DNA from: a virus
DNA length: 64,000 nt
Strand: one strand, 5' to 3'
Virus record (IMG/VR): IMGVR_UViG_3300042402_001861
Location: 113,365-177,364 of that record
Positions 7,707 through 15,981 of the stretch are shown piece by piece. Both the position numbers and the translations under genes were made by a program. Each line of letters opens with the position of its first letter. Position 1 is the stretch's first letter. A model generated the notes under the pieces. The model searched no databases. It saw only the letters and a program-made list of their open reading frames with translations, and was not told the DNA's origin.

Positions 7707-8579
7707 ATGACCACGACGATGACCGCCAACTCCCCAACCGTCACGAACCGCCCCCTGCTGCCCGAGATGCAACCGGACTTCGCGACGATGGCGGTGCCTT
7801 CGACCGCCGATTGGGATTTTGTCAGGGAAACGGTTTCTATGACAAATTTTGTCAGGGAAACCTACCGTGGTGTCGTGTTCAGCGCCAAAAAGGTGGAAGA
7901 TGCCCTAGAGCAACTACGCTCTCGCGGGGAAGTCTACGCCGCCGTCATGACGGTCGATGTTGATGAGTCCCGCCCCGTATCCTCCGACTACGATCCTACC
8001 GTGTTTGGTAGGGTCTACCTTCGGGTGGCTTATCGGAACAACGCAACACCGAACAATCCCGTCGATGTCACCGCCATTCCCTTGGCTTCGATGTACACGC
8101 AGTTCTATCCGACCGCGAGTGACCGTGAGCGGCTGAGGGCCACCGTCACCGAGATGGTGGAAACCGTCAGTCCGCTGACGGATTATTGGAAGTCCCTGCT
8201 CACCACGGCCAAGTCGATGGTGGCTTCTCCCGACCGTGTTGAAGCAGCACGGACGGAATTGATCCTTGGGATGATGGAGCAAATCCGCAACGATATGCGG
8301 GCTGCTCTCAACGACAAAATGCGCCGTGGCTGCAACATCGGAGTCAAGGTCGTGAGAGGACGCAAGGTTCCTGTTGGCACCATGGGCAAGGTCTTTTGGG
8401 CAGGCAAGAATCAATGGGGTCTTCGGGTCGGGCTGAAGACGGACAAGGGAACCGTCTATTGGACCAGCGTGGCAAATGTTGAAGTCACCGACCAGCCCAA
8501 CGAAATGGAAGTCCTGGCCACGGCTAGGCAGCGATACACCAACATCTACTCCGACCTGTTCGGTTCCGCCCGAGACTAA
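7707..8579 (+). CDS. hypothetical early protein with C-terminal SH3-like domain
   Basis: 290-aa ORF bracketed by a promoter and a terminator; VKVVRGRKVPVGTMGKVFW...RVGL C-terminal motif. Confidence 0.65.
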   Translation: MTTTMTANSPTVTNRPLLPEMQPDFATMAVPSTADWDFVRETVSMTNFVRETYRGVVFSAKKVEDALEQLRSRGEVYAAVMTVDVDESRPVSSDYDPTVFGRVYLRVAYRNNATPNNPVDVTAIPLASMYTQFYPTASDRERLRATVTEMVETVSPLTDYWKSLLTTAKSMVASPDRVEAARTELILGMMEQIRNDMRAALNDKMRRGCNIGVKVVRGRKVPVGTMGKVFWAGKNQWGLRVGLKTDKGTVYWTSVANVEVTDQPNEMEVLATARQRYTNIYSDLFGSARD

Positions 8580-8598
8580 CAAAAGTTTGTCTTTGCTG

Positions 8599-8626
8599 CC
8601 CCGCCCAAGAGGCGGGGTTTTTCTTT
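8599..8626 (+). terminator. Rho-independent terminator
   Basis: CCCCGCC-CAAGA-GGCGGGG followed by TTTTTCTTT. Confidence 0.85.
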
Positions 8627-8627
8627 G

Positions 8628-8655
8628 TTGACATCAACCCCCCATGGGGTATAAT
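8628..8655 (+). promoter_or_regulatory. sigma70 consensus promoter TTGACA-16-TATAAT driving the tRNA cluster
   Basis: Perfect hexamers, 9 nt upstream of tRNA-Leu. Confidence 0.8.
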
Positions 8656-8664
8656 CCCGACAAT

Positions 8665-8737
8665 GGCACGGTAGACCAACGGCAGAGTCAGTTGACTCAA
8701 AATCAACATAGTGTGGGTTCGAATCCCACCCGTGCTA
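8665..8737 (+). tRNA. tRNA-Leu(CAA), short variable loop
   Basis: Acceptor GGCACGG/CCGTGCT; anticodon arm GTTGA-CTCAAAA-TCAAC; T arm GTGGG-TTCGAAT-CCCAC; no encoded CCA. Confidence 0.85.
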
Positions 8738-8749
8738 CTATAGATACTT

Positions 8750-8821
8750 GCGAATGTAACTCAGCGGTAGAGTCTCGGTTTTCCAAACCGATGGTCGTGG
8801 GTTCGAATCCCATCATTCGCT
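8750..8821 (+). tRNA. tRNA-Gly(TCC)
   Basis: Acceptor GCGAATG/CATTCGC; anticodon arm TCGGT-TTTCCAA-ACCGA; TTCGAAT T loop. Confidence 0.9.
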
Positions 8822-8826
8822 TATAT

Positions 8827-8931
8827 GCGTAGTTAAGCAGCAGGGGATAAACCGCTAGGCTTACTAGGGTCGCCTACTTGCAAGGGGTGATCTGATACAG
8901 AGCAACAGAGGTGCAAGTCCTCCGCTACGCT
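8827..8931 (+). ncRNA. aberrant tRNA-like RNA (105 nt)
   Basis: 7-bp acceptor GCGTAGT/GCTACGC; T-like arm GAGG-TGCAAGT-CCTC; internal hairpin GGTCGCC/GGTGATC around CTTGCAA; lies between bona fide tRNAs. Confidence 0.6.
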
Positions 8932-8935
8932 TCGA

Positions 8936-9007
8936 TGGCCCATAGCACAACGGTAGTGCGATCCGCTGTTAACGGATAGGTTGAAGGTTCGAATCCTTCT
9001 GGGCCAG
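8936..9007 (+). tRNA. tRNA-Asn(GTT)
   Basis: Acceptor TGGCCCA/TGGGCCA; anticodon arm ATCCG-CTGTTAA-CGGAT; T arm GAAGG-TTCGAAT-CCTTC. Confidence 0.92.
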
Positions 9008-9009
9008 TT

Positions 9010-9017
9010 TATAAATA
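9010..9017 (+). promoter_or_regulatory. T4 late promoter TATAAATA
   Basis: Exact T4 gp55 consensus upstream of the protease genes. Confidence 0.7.
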
Positions 9018-9052
9018 ACCGTGTATGAGCCGATGTTGAAAGGAGGCTCACC

Positions 9053-9850
9053 ATGCGGATGCGTAATCTAGCGGCGGCTGCACTTGCGGTCGCTCTTCCC
9101 ACGGTAGGGCTGAATGCCTGCAAAGGTGTCAGCCCTTTGTCTTTCCATGAGTCGATGGAGGCACAGCGAACGGTGGTGATACGCAGGATAATTTCCTGCA
9201 ATATTGCAATCTCGTACAACAATGCATTGGGTTCGGGTGTTGTGTATCGCAAAGATGGAAAGTTGTATGCACTTACCGCTGCCCATGTCGTTGAAGACGA
9301 ACCCACCACGGTCGCAGCATTTTCGGTAAACGGTTCAGCACCGATTCCTTTCGTCACAAAGACCCACGGAACCAAGGACATACTTGTGTTTGCCGTGGAG
9401 GAAAATGGAACGAATGTGTATTATGCCTGCAAGGCAGACATTGTTCTTGTGGTTCCAGAAGAGGACATAGCGGTCTTGCAGTTGCAGGAAATACCCGGCT
9501 TGGTTGAAAACATTGGCAATTCAACTTTTGACTTTTCGACTCCAACCATTGGTGAAAGAGTCTTTGCCGTTGGCAACACCTCTTTCGAAATTGGAACTTT
9601 GTCGGCAGGGATAGTTCAGCATGGAAACAGAAAGCCCGCAGGAAGCACAGGAGAACAAAGATTCGTACAGAGCGACTGTGCAGGAGGACCGGGGATGAGT
9701 GGTGGTGGGCTGTTCCTGCAAAGCACGGGAGAGTGCATCGGAATCGTGTCCATGAAGAGCGATATCACGGGAAGCATTTATGCCATCCCTATGAGCAAAG
9801 TCAAAACTTCAATTTTGAATTCCCTTCGGAAGGATGTCTGTCCCGACTGA
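9053..9850 (+). CDS. trypsin-like (S1) serine protease, probable lipoprotein
   Basis: Triad LTAAHVV / EEDIAVL / GPGMSGGGLF; N-terminal hydrophobic stretch ending LNAC; RBS AGGAGG. Confidence 0.85.
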   Translation: MRMRNLAAAALAVALPTVGLNACKGVSPLSFHESMEAQRTVVIRRIISCNIAISYNNALGSGVVYRKDGKLYALTAAHVVEDEPTTVAAFSVNGSAPIPFVTKTHGTKDILVFAVEENGTNVYYACKADIVLVVPEEDIAVLQLQEIPGLVENIGNSTFDFSTPTIGERVFAVGNTSFEIGTLSAGIVQHGNRKPAGSTGEQRFVQSDCAGGPGMSGGGLFLQSTGECIGIVSMKSDITGSIYAIPMSKVKTSILNSLRKDVCPD

Positions 9851-9892
9851 ACATCCATTGTCTCTATCTCGTACTTCTAGCAGGAGATCACC

Positions 9893-11299
9893 ATGCTGCT
9901 ACCTCTAGCAACCACCCTGTCGCTTCTCGCCCCTCCACAGATTGCCGAAGTTCCGCAAGTGGATACCATGTTCATCCAATGGAAGCAGTCAGCAGACAAG
10001 GCACGAATACTTTCCTCGCTTGATGGCATTGAATCCGTACACCACTACGAGAACATTCCCAACCTTACTTTGGTTGACATGGTTGATGTTTCGTCAATGC
10101 AGCAGGCAACATCTAAACTTTCGGGAAATCCAAGCATTGAATTCATCGAAGAGGATCGATGGGTCATCGTTGAGAGGCAGACTTTCCCACCACCGAATGA
10201 TCCCGGCTTCTCTCAATGTTGGGGTCTTCGCAACACCGGCTCAAGTGGCGGTCAGGCGGGATGGGACATGAATGCCTTGGGTGCTTGGGATGTAACCACG
10301 GGGAATCCTGCCGTCAGAGTGATGATCATCGAAACGGGAGTGGATGAGACACATGCTGACCTGAACCTAGACCAAGGCAGGGACTTTACCACAGGTGCCG
10401 TAAATGGCATCTTGGGTGGGGGGCCAAGCAATCAATGTGACAATCATGGCACAGCCGTGGCAGGATGCATCTCCGCAAGGATCAACAACGCATCAGGCAC
10501 GGTCGGGATCGCTCCCAATTGCAAGGTGGTATCGGCAAAGGTAGGCATTGCAACTACGCCATGCAGCGGCTCATGGAATGGACAGATCAGTTGGACGGTG
10601 AATGCCTTGAATTGGGCAATCGGTGCAGGCATAAAGGTGACCAACAACAGCAACGATTACGGCACATCCTCCAATGCAATGAGCAGCGCATATTCGGCAG
10701 GCCGTGCAGCAGGCATCGTGCATTTTGCAAGTGCAGGCAACGGAGGAACGGAGGGCATGGGATTCCCCGCAAGATTGAGCAGCGTCAATGCTGTAGGCTC
10801 TGCCTCAAGGAATGGAACCAAGTCTTCTTTCTCAAGTTACGGCAACGGAATTGCATTCGTTGCTCCCGGTCAGTCCATCTATACAACCGACAGAACAGGA
10901 AGTGCAGGATACAATTCAACAAATTGGGTTACCATCGACGGCACATCGTTCTCGTCGCCATATGCAGCCGGTGTCGCTGCCCTGCTGTTTTCCGTAAATC
11001 CAACCTTGACTCCCACGCAAGTTGAAAATGCGATGAAGTCAACAGCCGATGACATGGGAACCGCAGGCTATGACACACTTACGGGATGGGGAATGATCGA
11101 TGCAGCAAAGGCCGTGCAGGCAGTTGCACCACAGCCCTGTCCTGCCGACTTGAACGGGGATTCAATCGTAGACGGAAATGATCTTGGAATTTTCCTGAGC
11201 CTGTGGGGGCAGTCAAATTCAGCAGCCGATTTCAACAATGACAATTTTGTAGATGGAATCGATCTTGGAATTTTGCTAAACGCTTGGGGTGGCTGCTGA
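9893..11299 (+). CDS. secreted subtilisin-like S8 peptidase with C-terminal dockerin-like repeats
   Basis: IIETGVD, NHGTAVAG, SAGN, GTSFSSPYAAG; signal peptide; C-terminal CPADLNGDSIVDGNDLGIFLSLWG and ADFNNDNFVDGIDLGILLNAWG. Confidence 0.9.
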   Translation: MLLPLATTLSLLAPPQIAEVPQVDTMFIQWKQSADKARILSSLDGIESVHHYENIPNLTLVDMVDVSSMQQATSKLSGNPSIEFIEEDRWVIVERQTFPPPNDPGFSQCWGLRNTGSSGGQAGWDMNALGAWDVTTGNPAVRVMIIETGVDETHADLNLDQGRDFTTGAVNGILGGGPSNQCDNHGTAVAGCISARINNASGTVGIAPNCKVVSAKVGIATTPCSGSWNGQISWTVNALNWAIGAGIKVTNNSNDYGTSSNAMSSAYSAGRAAGIVHFASAGNGGTEGMGFPARLSSVNAVGSASRNGTKSSFSSYGNGIAFVAPGQSIYTTDRTGSAGYNSTNWVTIDGTSFSSPYAAGVAALLFSVNPTLTPTQVENAMKSTADDMGTAGYDTLTGWGMIDAAKAVQAVAPQPCPADLNGDSIVDGNDLGIFLSLWGQSNSAADFNNDNFVDGIDLGILLNAWGGC

Positions 11300-11316
11300 A
11301 AGAAACCGAGAGTGGC

Positions 11317-11344
11317 TTGACTTTGCTGTCCCTGTCGTTATACT
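11317..11344 (+). promoter_or_regulatory. sigma70-like promoter TTGACT-16-TATACT
   Basis: Upstream of the gp45 replication operon. Confidence 0.65.
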
Positions 11345-11371
11345 GTGAGCAACACTTTGGAGAACTACACC

Positions 11372-12079
11372 ATGAAGATCAGCCAAGACACACTCGCAAT
11401 CCTCAAGAACTTCAGCACGATCAACAGCAATCTGCTCGTTCGTCCGGGAAACACCCTGACCACGATCAGCCCCACCAAGAACATCCTCGCTGAAGCCACC
11501 GTCACCGAGACATTTGATGTTGAGTTTGGAGTTTGGGATTTGTCCAAGTTCCTCGCCACCATCAGCCTGTTCAAGGATCCCGAGTTTGACTTCAGCGATT
11601 CCTATGTGGAGATTTCCTCCACCGGCAGCAAGGCTTCGGTGAAGTACTACTACAGCGAACCCGAACTGCTCGTCAAGGCCGATAAGAAGTTGAAGATGCC
11701 GGGGACTCCCGTGAACTTCACCCTCACGGCCAAGGACTACACGGAGTTGCAGAAGGCTGCATCCGTCCTTCAGGCACCTGACCTTGCATTGGAGTCCACC
11801 GACGATGACCGCATGGTTCTCCGTGTCTTTGATCGCAAGGACAGCACAAGCCACTCCTACAGCATCGATGTCGGAGAGAACAAGAGCGGTGCGGCTTTCT
11901 CTTTCCTCTTCAAGACCGAGAACCTGAAGATGATTCCTGGCACCTACGAGGTGGGCATCAGCGAGAAGAAGGTGAGTCAGTTCCGCAACAGCAACGGCAT
12001 CACCTATTGGATTTCACTAGAGGCAGACAGCGAGTACGAGGCTTCCAACAACAAGATCGCCAATGTCGCTTCTCGTTGA
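11372..12079 (+). CDS. gp45: DNA polymerase sliding clamp
   Basis: MKISQDTLAILKNFSTINSNLL...FGVWDLSKFL...VKYYYSEP...YWISLE; precedes gp44. Confidence 0.95.
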   Translation: MKISQDTLAILKNFSTINSNLLVRPGNTLTTISPTKNILAEATVTETFDVEFGVWDLSKFLATISLFKDPEFDFSDSYVEISSTGSKASVKYYYSEPELLVKADKKLKMPGTPVNFTLTAKDYTELQKAASVLQAPDLALESTDDDRMVLRVFDRKDSTSHSYSIDVGENKSGAAFSFLFKTENLKMIPGTYEVGISEKKVSQFRNSNGITYWISLEADSEYEASNNKIANVASR

Positions 12080-12992
12080 AAAGTATCGTCCCGCCAAAAT
12101 TGCCGATTGCGTCCTGCCCAAGAACATCAAGAAGATGTTTGAGGATATCGCCAAGACTGGCGACATCCCCAACTTGATTCTCAACGGCGGTGCGGGTTGC
12201 GGCAAGACTACGGTAGCCAAGGCACTATGCAACGAACTAGGCATCGACTACCTGTTCGTGAATGCTAGTGAGGACAGCGGCATCGATGTGCTGCGGACTC
12301 GCATCCGCAACTTTGCATCGACCGTTGCCCTTGGTGGAGGGAAGAAGGTTGTCATCCTTGATGAGGCTGACTATCTCAATCCGCAGTCCACGCAACCCGC
12401 ACTCCGTGGGTTCATCGAAGAGTTCGCGGCAAACTGTCGCTTCATCATGACTTGCAACTTCAAGAGTCGGATCATCGAACCGCTGCACTCCCGCTGCACG
12501 ATGATCGACTTCAAGATTCCAAGCAAGGAGAAGCCAACGCTTGCATCGGAGTTTCTTGAACGGGCGAAGTTCGTGCTTGGCAGCGAGGGGATCGCTTATG
12601 ACGAGAAGGTGGTTGCCCAACTCATCGTAAAGAACTTCCCCGATTTCCGCAAGGTTCTCAACCTGATTCAGCGTTATTCTGTGTCGGGTGCGATTGACTC
12701 GGGCATCCTGTCTGCATCTACGGACATCACGGTCAACTCCCTCATCGAATCGATGAAGAAGAAGGACTTCAATGGCATCCGCAAGTGGGCAGTAGACAAC
12801 GCCGACAAGGAGATGGCAGGAATTTTCCGCCGTATTTATGATTCTCTGCAAGACCACATCGACGCTCCATCGATTCCACAGGCCGTGCTGATTCTGTCGG
12901 AGTATCAGTACAAGTCTGCGTTCGTCGCGGATCAGGAAATCAACCTAGTCGCTTGCTGTCTCATGCTTGCTTCCGATTGCACCTTTCGATAA
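12063..12992 (+). CDS. gp44: clamp loader large subunit (AAA+)
   Basis: VEKYRP, GGAGCGKTT, ILDEADYLN, LHSRC. Confidence 0.96.
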   Translation: MSLLVEKYRPAKIADCVLPKNIKKMFEDIAKTGDIPNLILNGGAGCGKTTVAKALCNELGIDYLFVNASEDSGIDVLRTRIRNFASTVALGGGKKVVILDEADYLNPQSTQPALRGFIEEFAANCRFIMTCNFKSRIIEPLHSRCTMIDFKIPSKEKPTLASEFLERAKFVLGSEGIAYDEKVVAQLIVKNFPDFRKVLNLIQRYSVSGAIDSGILSASTDITVNSLIESMKKKDFNGIRKWAVDNADKEMAGIFRRIYDSLQDHIDAPSIPQAVLILSEYQYKSAFVADQEINLVACCLMLASDCTFR

Positions 12993-13015
12993 ATAGAGAG
13001 CGAAGGGAGGTCGGT

Positions 13016-13735
13016 ATGGACAAGAAGATCCCTAGCCTCAATGACCTGTCGATCAATCTGCACTTGATCAACAAGAAGTACAAGATCAAGGACTTCATCG
13101 CGGAGTACCGCGAGGAGATATCCAAGATCAATGATCTTCTTCGGCAGGAACTCATCACTTCGGATGGTCTGACCAATCCCGTGCAGAAAGTTGTGCAAAT
13201 CAGCCAAATGCTCACGGAAGAGGAGTTGGATCAGACGATAGAAGTAGTGGAGAAGTTGTCTCACAAGTACGACTACACCTCCTACATTGAAGAGTGCGAA
13301 ACCATTCGCAGAAACTTCATGGTTGACCGCGAGAACTACTTTGCGGTGAAGGCAACCAAAAGCCAAGCCAAGATAGTTGATGAAGTGACCACGATCTTTG
13401 AATTGACGGGAACCTCGGAGATAATTTTCTCAAAATGGATGGACAAGATCCTAGAGAAGATACAGCCCAAGACCCTTGAGATTGACTACGAAGACATCGA
13501 CGGCAAGCGCAAGAAGGCCAAGGCAAAGCACAAAGTTGCCTCAATGAGCGATGACTTTGTTGAAGCACCACTCATTGATCGCTATCATGGCATCAATGCA
13601 TACGACTCGTTCCTACTGCACTCGTTCTTTGATGTGTATCAGAACAAGTGGATTTACATACCAGTAAAGTTAATCATCTCATTGAGATGCGATGACGATA
13701 TCGATGACCTTGATGTCGGTGAAGGGAAAAAATGA
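13016..13735 (+). CDS. hypothetical protein inserted between gp44 and gp62
   Basis: RBS GGAGG; GATAAATA at 12988-12995; ATGA overlap with gp62. Confidence 0.65.
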   Translation: MDKKIPSLNDLSINLHLINKKYKIKDFIAEYREEISKINDLLRQELITSDGLTNPVQKVVQISQMLTEEELDQTIEVVEKLSHKYDYTSYIEECETIRRNFMVDRENYFAVKATKSQAKIVDEVTTIFELTGTSEIIFSKWMDKILEKIQPKTLEIDYEDIDGKRKKAKAKHKVASMSDDFVEAPLIDRYHGINAYDSFLLHSFFDVYQNKWIYIPVKLIISLRCDDDIDDLDVGEGKK

Positions 13736-14118
13736 ACCCGTTTGAGTTTGTGAAGAGCATCAACGAAAAGACCGGAAACATCCTTGAGCAGAATTCAGAC
13801 CTAGAGAAGGCATACACTCCCTTCTTGGTCAACCGTGGGCTGTCGTTCACTCCCGACACGATCCTCTCTGCCAACGAGATGAATGCCGCTCCATTCCTTG
13901 ACAAGCGAATGCAGTATGACTATCTGTATTCAACGGTTCGCAAGAAGAAGCGGTATGCCAAGTGGATCAAGGCAGAGCAGGACGATCTTGAGGATTTGGT
14001 GGTCGAACACTTTCAGGTCAGTCGCCGTAGGGCAGCAGAATATCTTGCCTTGCTGACCGATAGGGACTTGCAGGAAATCAAGGAAAGAAACAACAAGGGC
14101 GGAATTCGCAAATCCTGA
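13732..14118 (+). CDS. gp62: clamp loader small subunit
   Basis: MNPFEFVKSIN...YTPFLVNRGLS...ANEMN...QYDYL...KKRYAKW. Confidence 0.92.
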   Translation: MNPFEFVKSINEKTGNILEQNSDLEKAYTPFLVNRGLSFTPDTILSANEMNAAPFLDKRMQYDYLYSTVRKKKRYAKWIKAEQDDLEDLVVEHFQVSRRRAAEYLALLTDRDLQEIKERNNKGGIRKS

Positions 14119-14166
14119 AACACGGATTGACTAAATATCTCCTGTATGCCCAACTAGGAGATCGTC

Positions 14167-14574
14167 ATGGATTTGTCAACATTCATTGAGGTGACCCTGC
14201 CACAGCAGGAGAACTTCCTAAAGGTCAAGGAAACGCTTACCCGAATCGGGATTTCGTCCAAGACCGAAAATAAACTCTACCAGTCCTGCCACATTCTCCA
14301 CAAGAAGGGCAAGTACTACATCGTCCATTTCAAGGAATTGTTCATGCTTGACGGAATGCCAACGACATTCCCCGAGAGCGACATTGCCCGACGAAATACC
14401 ATCGCAAACCTATTGGCCGAGTGGGGCTTGGTCAAACTTGTCGAAACTGCCAAGAGCAAGGAACCTGTAGTGCCCGTGTCGTATTTGAAAATTCTGCCTT
14501 ACGGGGAAAAGAAGGATTGGGAATTGGTTCCCAAGTACAACATCGGCAGAAAAAAGTCACCTGACAGCGAGTGA
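14167..14574 (+). CDS. regA: translational repressor RegA
   Basis: FLKVKETLTRIGISS...LYQSCHILHKKGKYYIVHFKELF; CTAAATA at 14131-14137 upstream. Confidence 0.96.
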   Translation: MDLSTFIEVTLPQQENFLKVKETLTRIGISSKTENKLYQSCHILHKKGKYYIVHFKELFMLDGMPTTFPESDIARRNTIANLLAEWGLVKLVETAKSKEPVVPVSYLKILPYGEKKDWELVPKYNIGRKKSPDSE

Positions 14575-14578
14575 TTGC

Positions 14579-14607
14579 TTGACGGGGGTTGATTGCTGCG
14601 ATACAAT
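14579..14607 (+). promoter_or_regulatory. sigma70-like promoter TTGACG-17-TACAAT
   Basis: Upstream of dut. Confidence 0.55.
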
Positions 14608-14616
14608 GTCTGAACT

Positions 14617-15168
14617 ATGAACAACGATGAACCAAGGACGCTTCGTTACCTGAAGTTGCATCCGAAGGTGGCCGATCTCGCTTTGGCCACGCAGGAATCC
14701 GCCTGCTTTGACCTTCGGGCATTCTTTCATCCCAACCTCAAGAAGATCGATGGCTTTAATGCTGATTCGACTTCCATCTCCTCCCCAATTTCAACGATTG
14801 AATGGAAAAAGGCAGACAGTCCAAGAGCGGTAGTCATCAATCCCGGCGAGAGAATGATGGTTCCCACGGGGATCATCTTTGACATTCCCAAGGGTTACTC
14901 TGTTCGCATCCATGCCCGCTCTGGTCTTGCCCTGAAGGCGGGTCTTGTGATGGGCAATGCCGAAGGCATCATTGATTCGGACTATACCGATGAGACTAAG
15001 ATCATCGTGCTGAACATCAGCAACATTCCGATTCGAATCAACCACGGTGACCGCATCGCACAGGCCGAGATGGTTCCTGTACTGAACTACAACCTCGTAC
15101 CCACCACCGAGGACATTGCCCAAAAGACCAACAGAGCGGGTGGCTTTGGCTCTACCGGAGTTTCATAA
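14617..15168 (+). CDS. dut: dUTPase (trimeric)
   Basis: ACFDL, IHARSGLA, GIIDSDY, RIAQ, RAGGFGSTG motifs. Confidence 0.96.
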   Translation: MNNDEPRTLRYLKLHPKVADLALATQESACFDLRAFFHPNLKKIDGFNADSTSISSPISTIEWKKADSPRAVVINPGERMMVPTGIIFDIPKGYSVRIHARSGLALKAGLVMGNAEGIIDSDYTDETKIIVLNISNIPIRINHGDRIAQAEMVPVLNYNLVPTTEDIAQKTNRAGGFGSTGVS

Positions 15169-15674
15169 TGAACCGAGAAGAACTTCTGAATATGCACTCG
15201 ACCCTCTGCGATAAGTCACGCAACCTGATGAGAAAGAAGAATGCTGACTACGCAGGAAAGCATGGTGTGGAGCCGTTTGCCAACTTCACCCGTGTGGAGT
15301 CGATGGGCATCTGCAAGACTGAGGCAGGAATGCTCGTTCGAATGACCGATAAGATGAGCAGACTGTCATCTTTTCTTGAGGCCGGTAAGTTTGAGGTCAA
15401 GGATGAGTCCCTTGAGGACACCATTCTTGACATGATTAATTATTCGGTACTTCTGTACTCCTACATTTCCGATAAGAAAAAGAGTCAGGAAAATTTCATC
15501 TCTGTGGGCGGGAATGCCGATACCAGTAATAGGGAACCCCCTGTTTACCTAACGGAGAACCATGAAAATGAAAAGTGCGAGATTGATCCTGTCGGCCCTC
15601 CTCATTTACGCAACGGTTGCTGTGGCGGCGGTGCCAACCTTTTCACGACACGAACGCCTCTTGCAGGCGATTGA
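15168..15674 (+). CDS. DUF1599 / nucleotide-modification-associated domain protein
   Basis: KKNADYA...PFANF...VRMTDKMSRL...ESLEDTILDMINYSVL. Confidence 0.75.
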   Translation: MNREELLNMHSTLCDKSRNLMRKKNADYAGKHGVEPFANFTRVESMGICKTEAGMLVRMTDKMSRLSSFLEAGKFEVKDESLEDTILDMINYSVLLYSYISDKKKSQENFISVGGNADTSNREPPVYLTENHENEKCEIDPVGPPHLRNGCCGGGANLFTTRTPLAGD

Positions 15675-15981
15675 GCAAGTTGAGTCGCGAGGAAACGCAA
15701 AGGCTGTGGGCGACAATGGACGAGCAATCGGTCCATTTCAGATTTGGCGTTCTTACTGGCAGGATGCCGTTGAGCATGACAAGAACATCGGAGGTCGTTA
15801 CGAGGATTGCTTCGACAAGGAGTATGCCAAGCGAATCGTCCTTGCCTATTGGGATCGTTATGCTCCTAAGAATGCAACAGATGAGCAATTGGCTAGGATC
15901 CACAACGGTGGCCCGAAAGGCCACCGAAACCCGAAGACTCTAGAGTATTGGACAAAGGTAAAGAGAGAACTACTGAAATGA
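15568..15981 (+). CDS. i-type (destabilase-like) lysozyme with signal peptide; candidate endolysin
   Basis: AIEQVES, GPFQIWRSYWQDA, YWDRYA, LARIHNGGP; hydrophobic N-terminus. Confidence 0.8.
   Translation: MKSARLILSALLIYATVAVAAVPTFSRHERLLQAIEQVESRGNAKAVGDNGRAIGPFQIWRSYWQDAVEHDKNIGGRYEDCFDKEYAKRIVLAYWDRYAPKNATDEQLARIHNGGPKGHRNPKTLEYWTKVKRELLK

Noticed and set aside
8827-8931. Calling the odd RNA tRNA-Ala(TGC)
   Set aside because: No G3:U70 pair, oversized D region and non-canonical arm spacing; kept as a tRNA-like ncRNA
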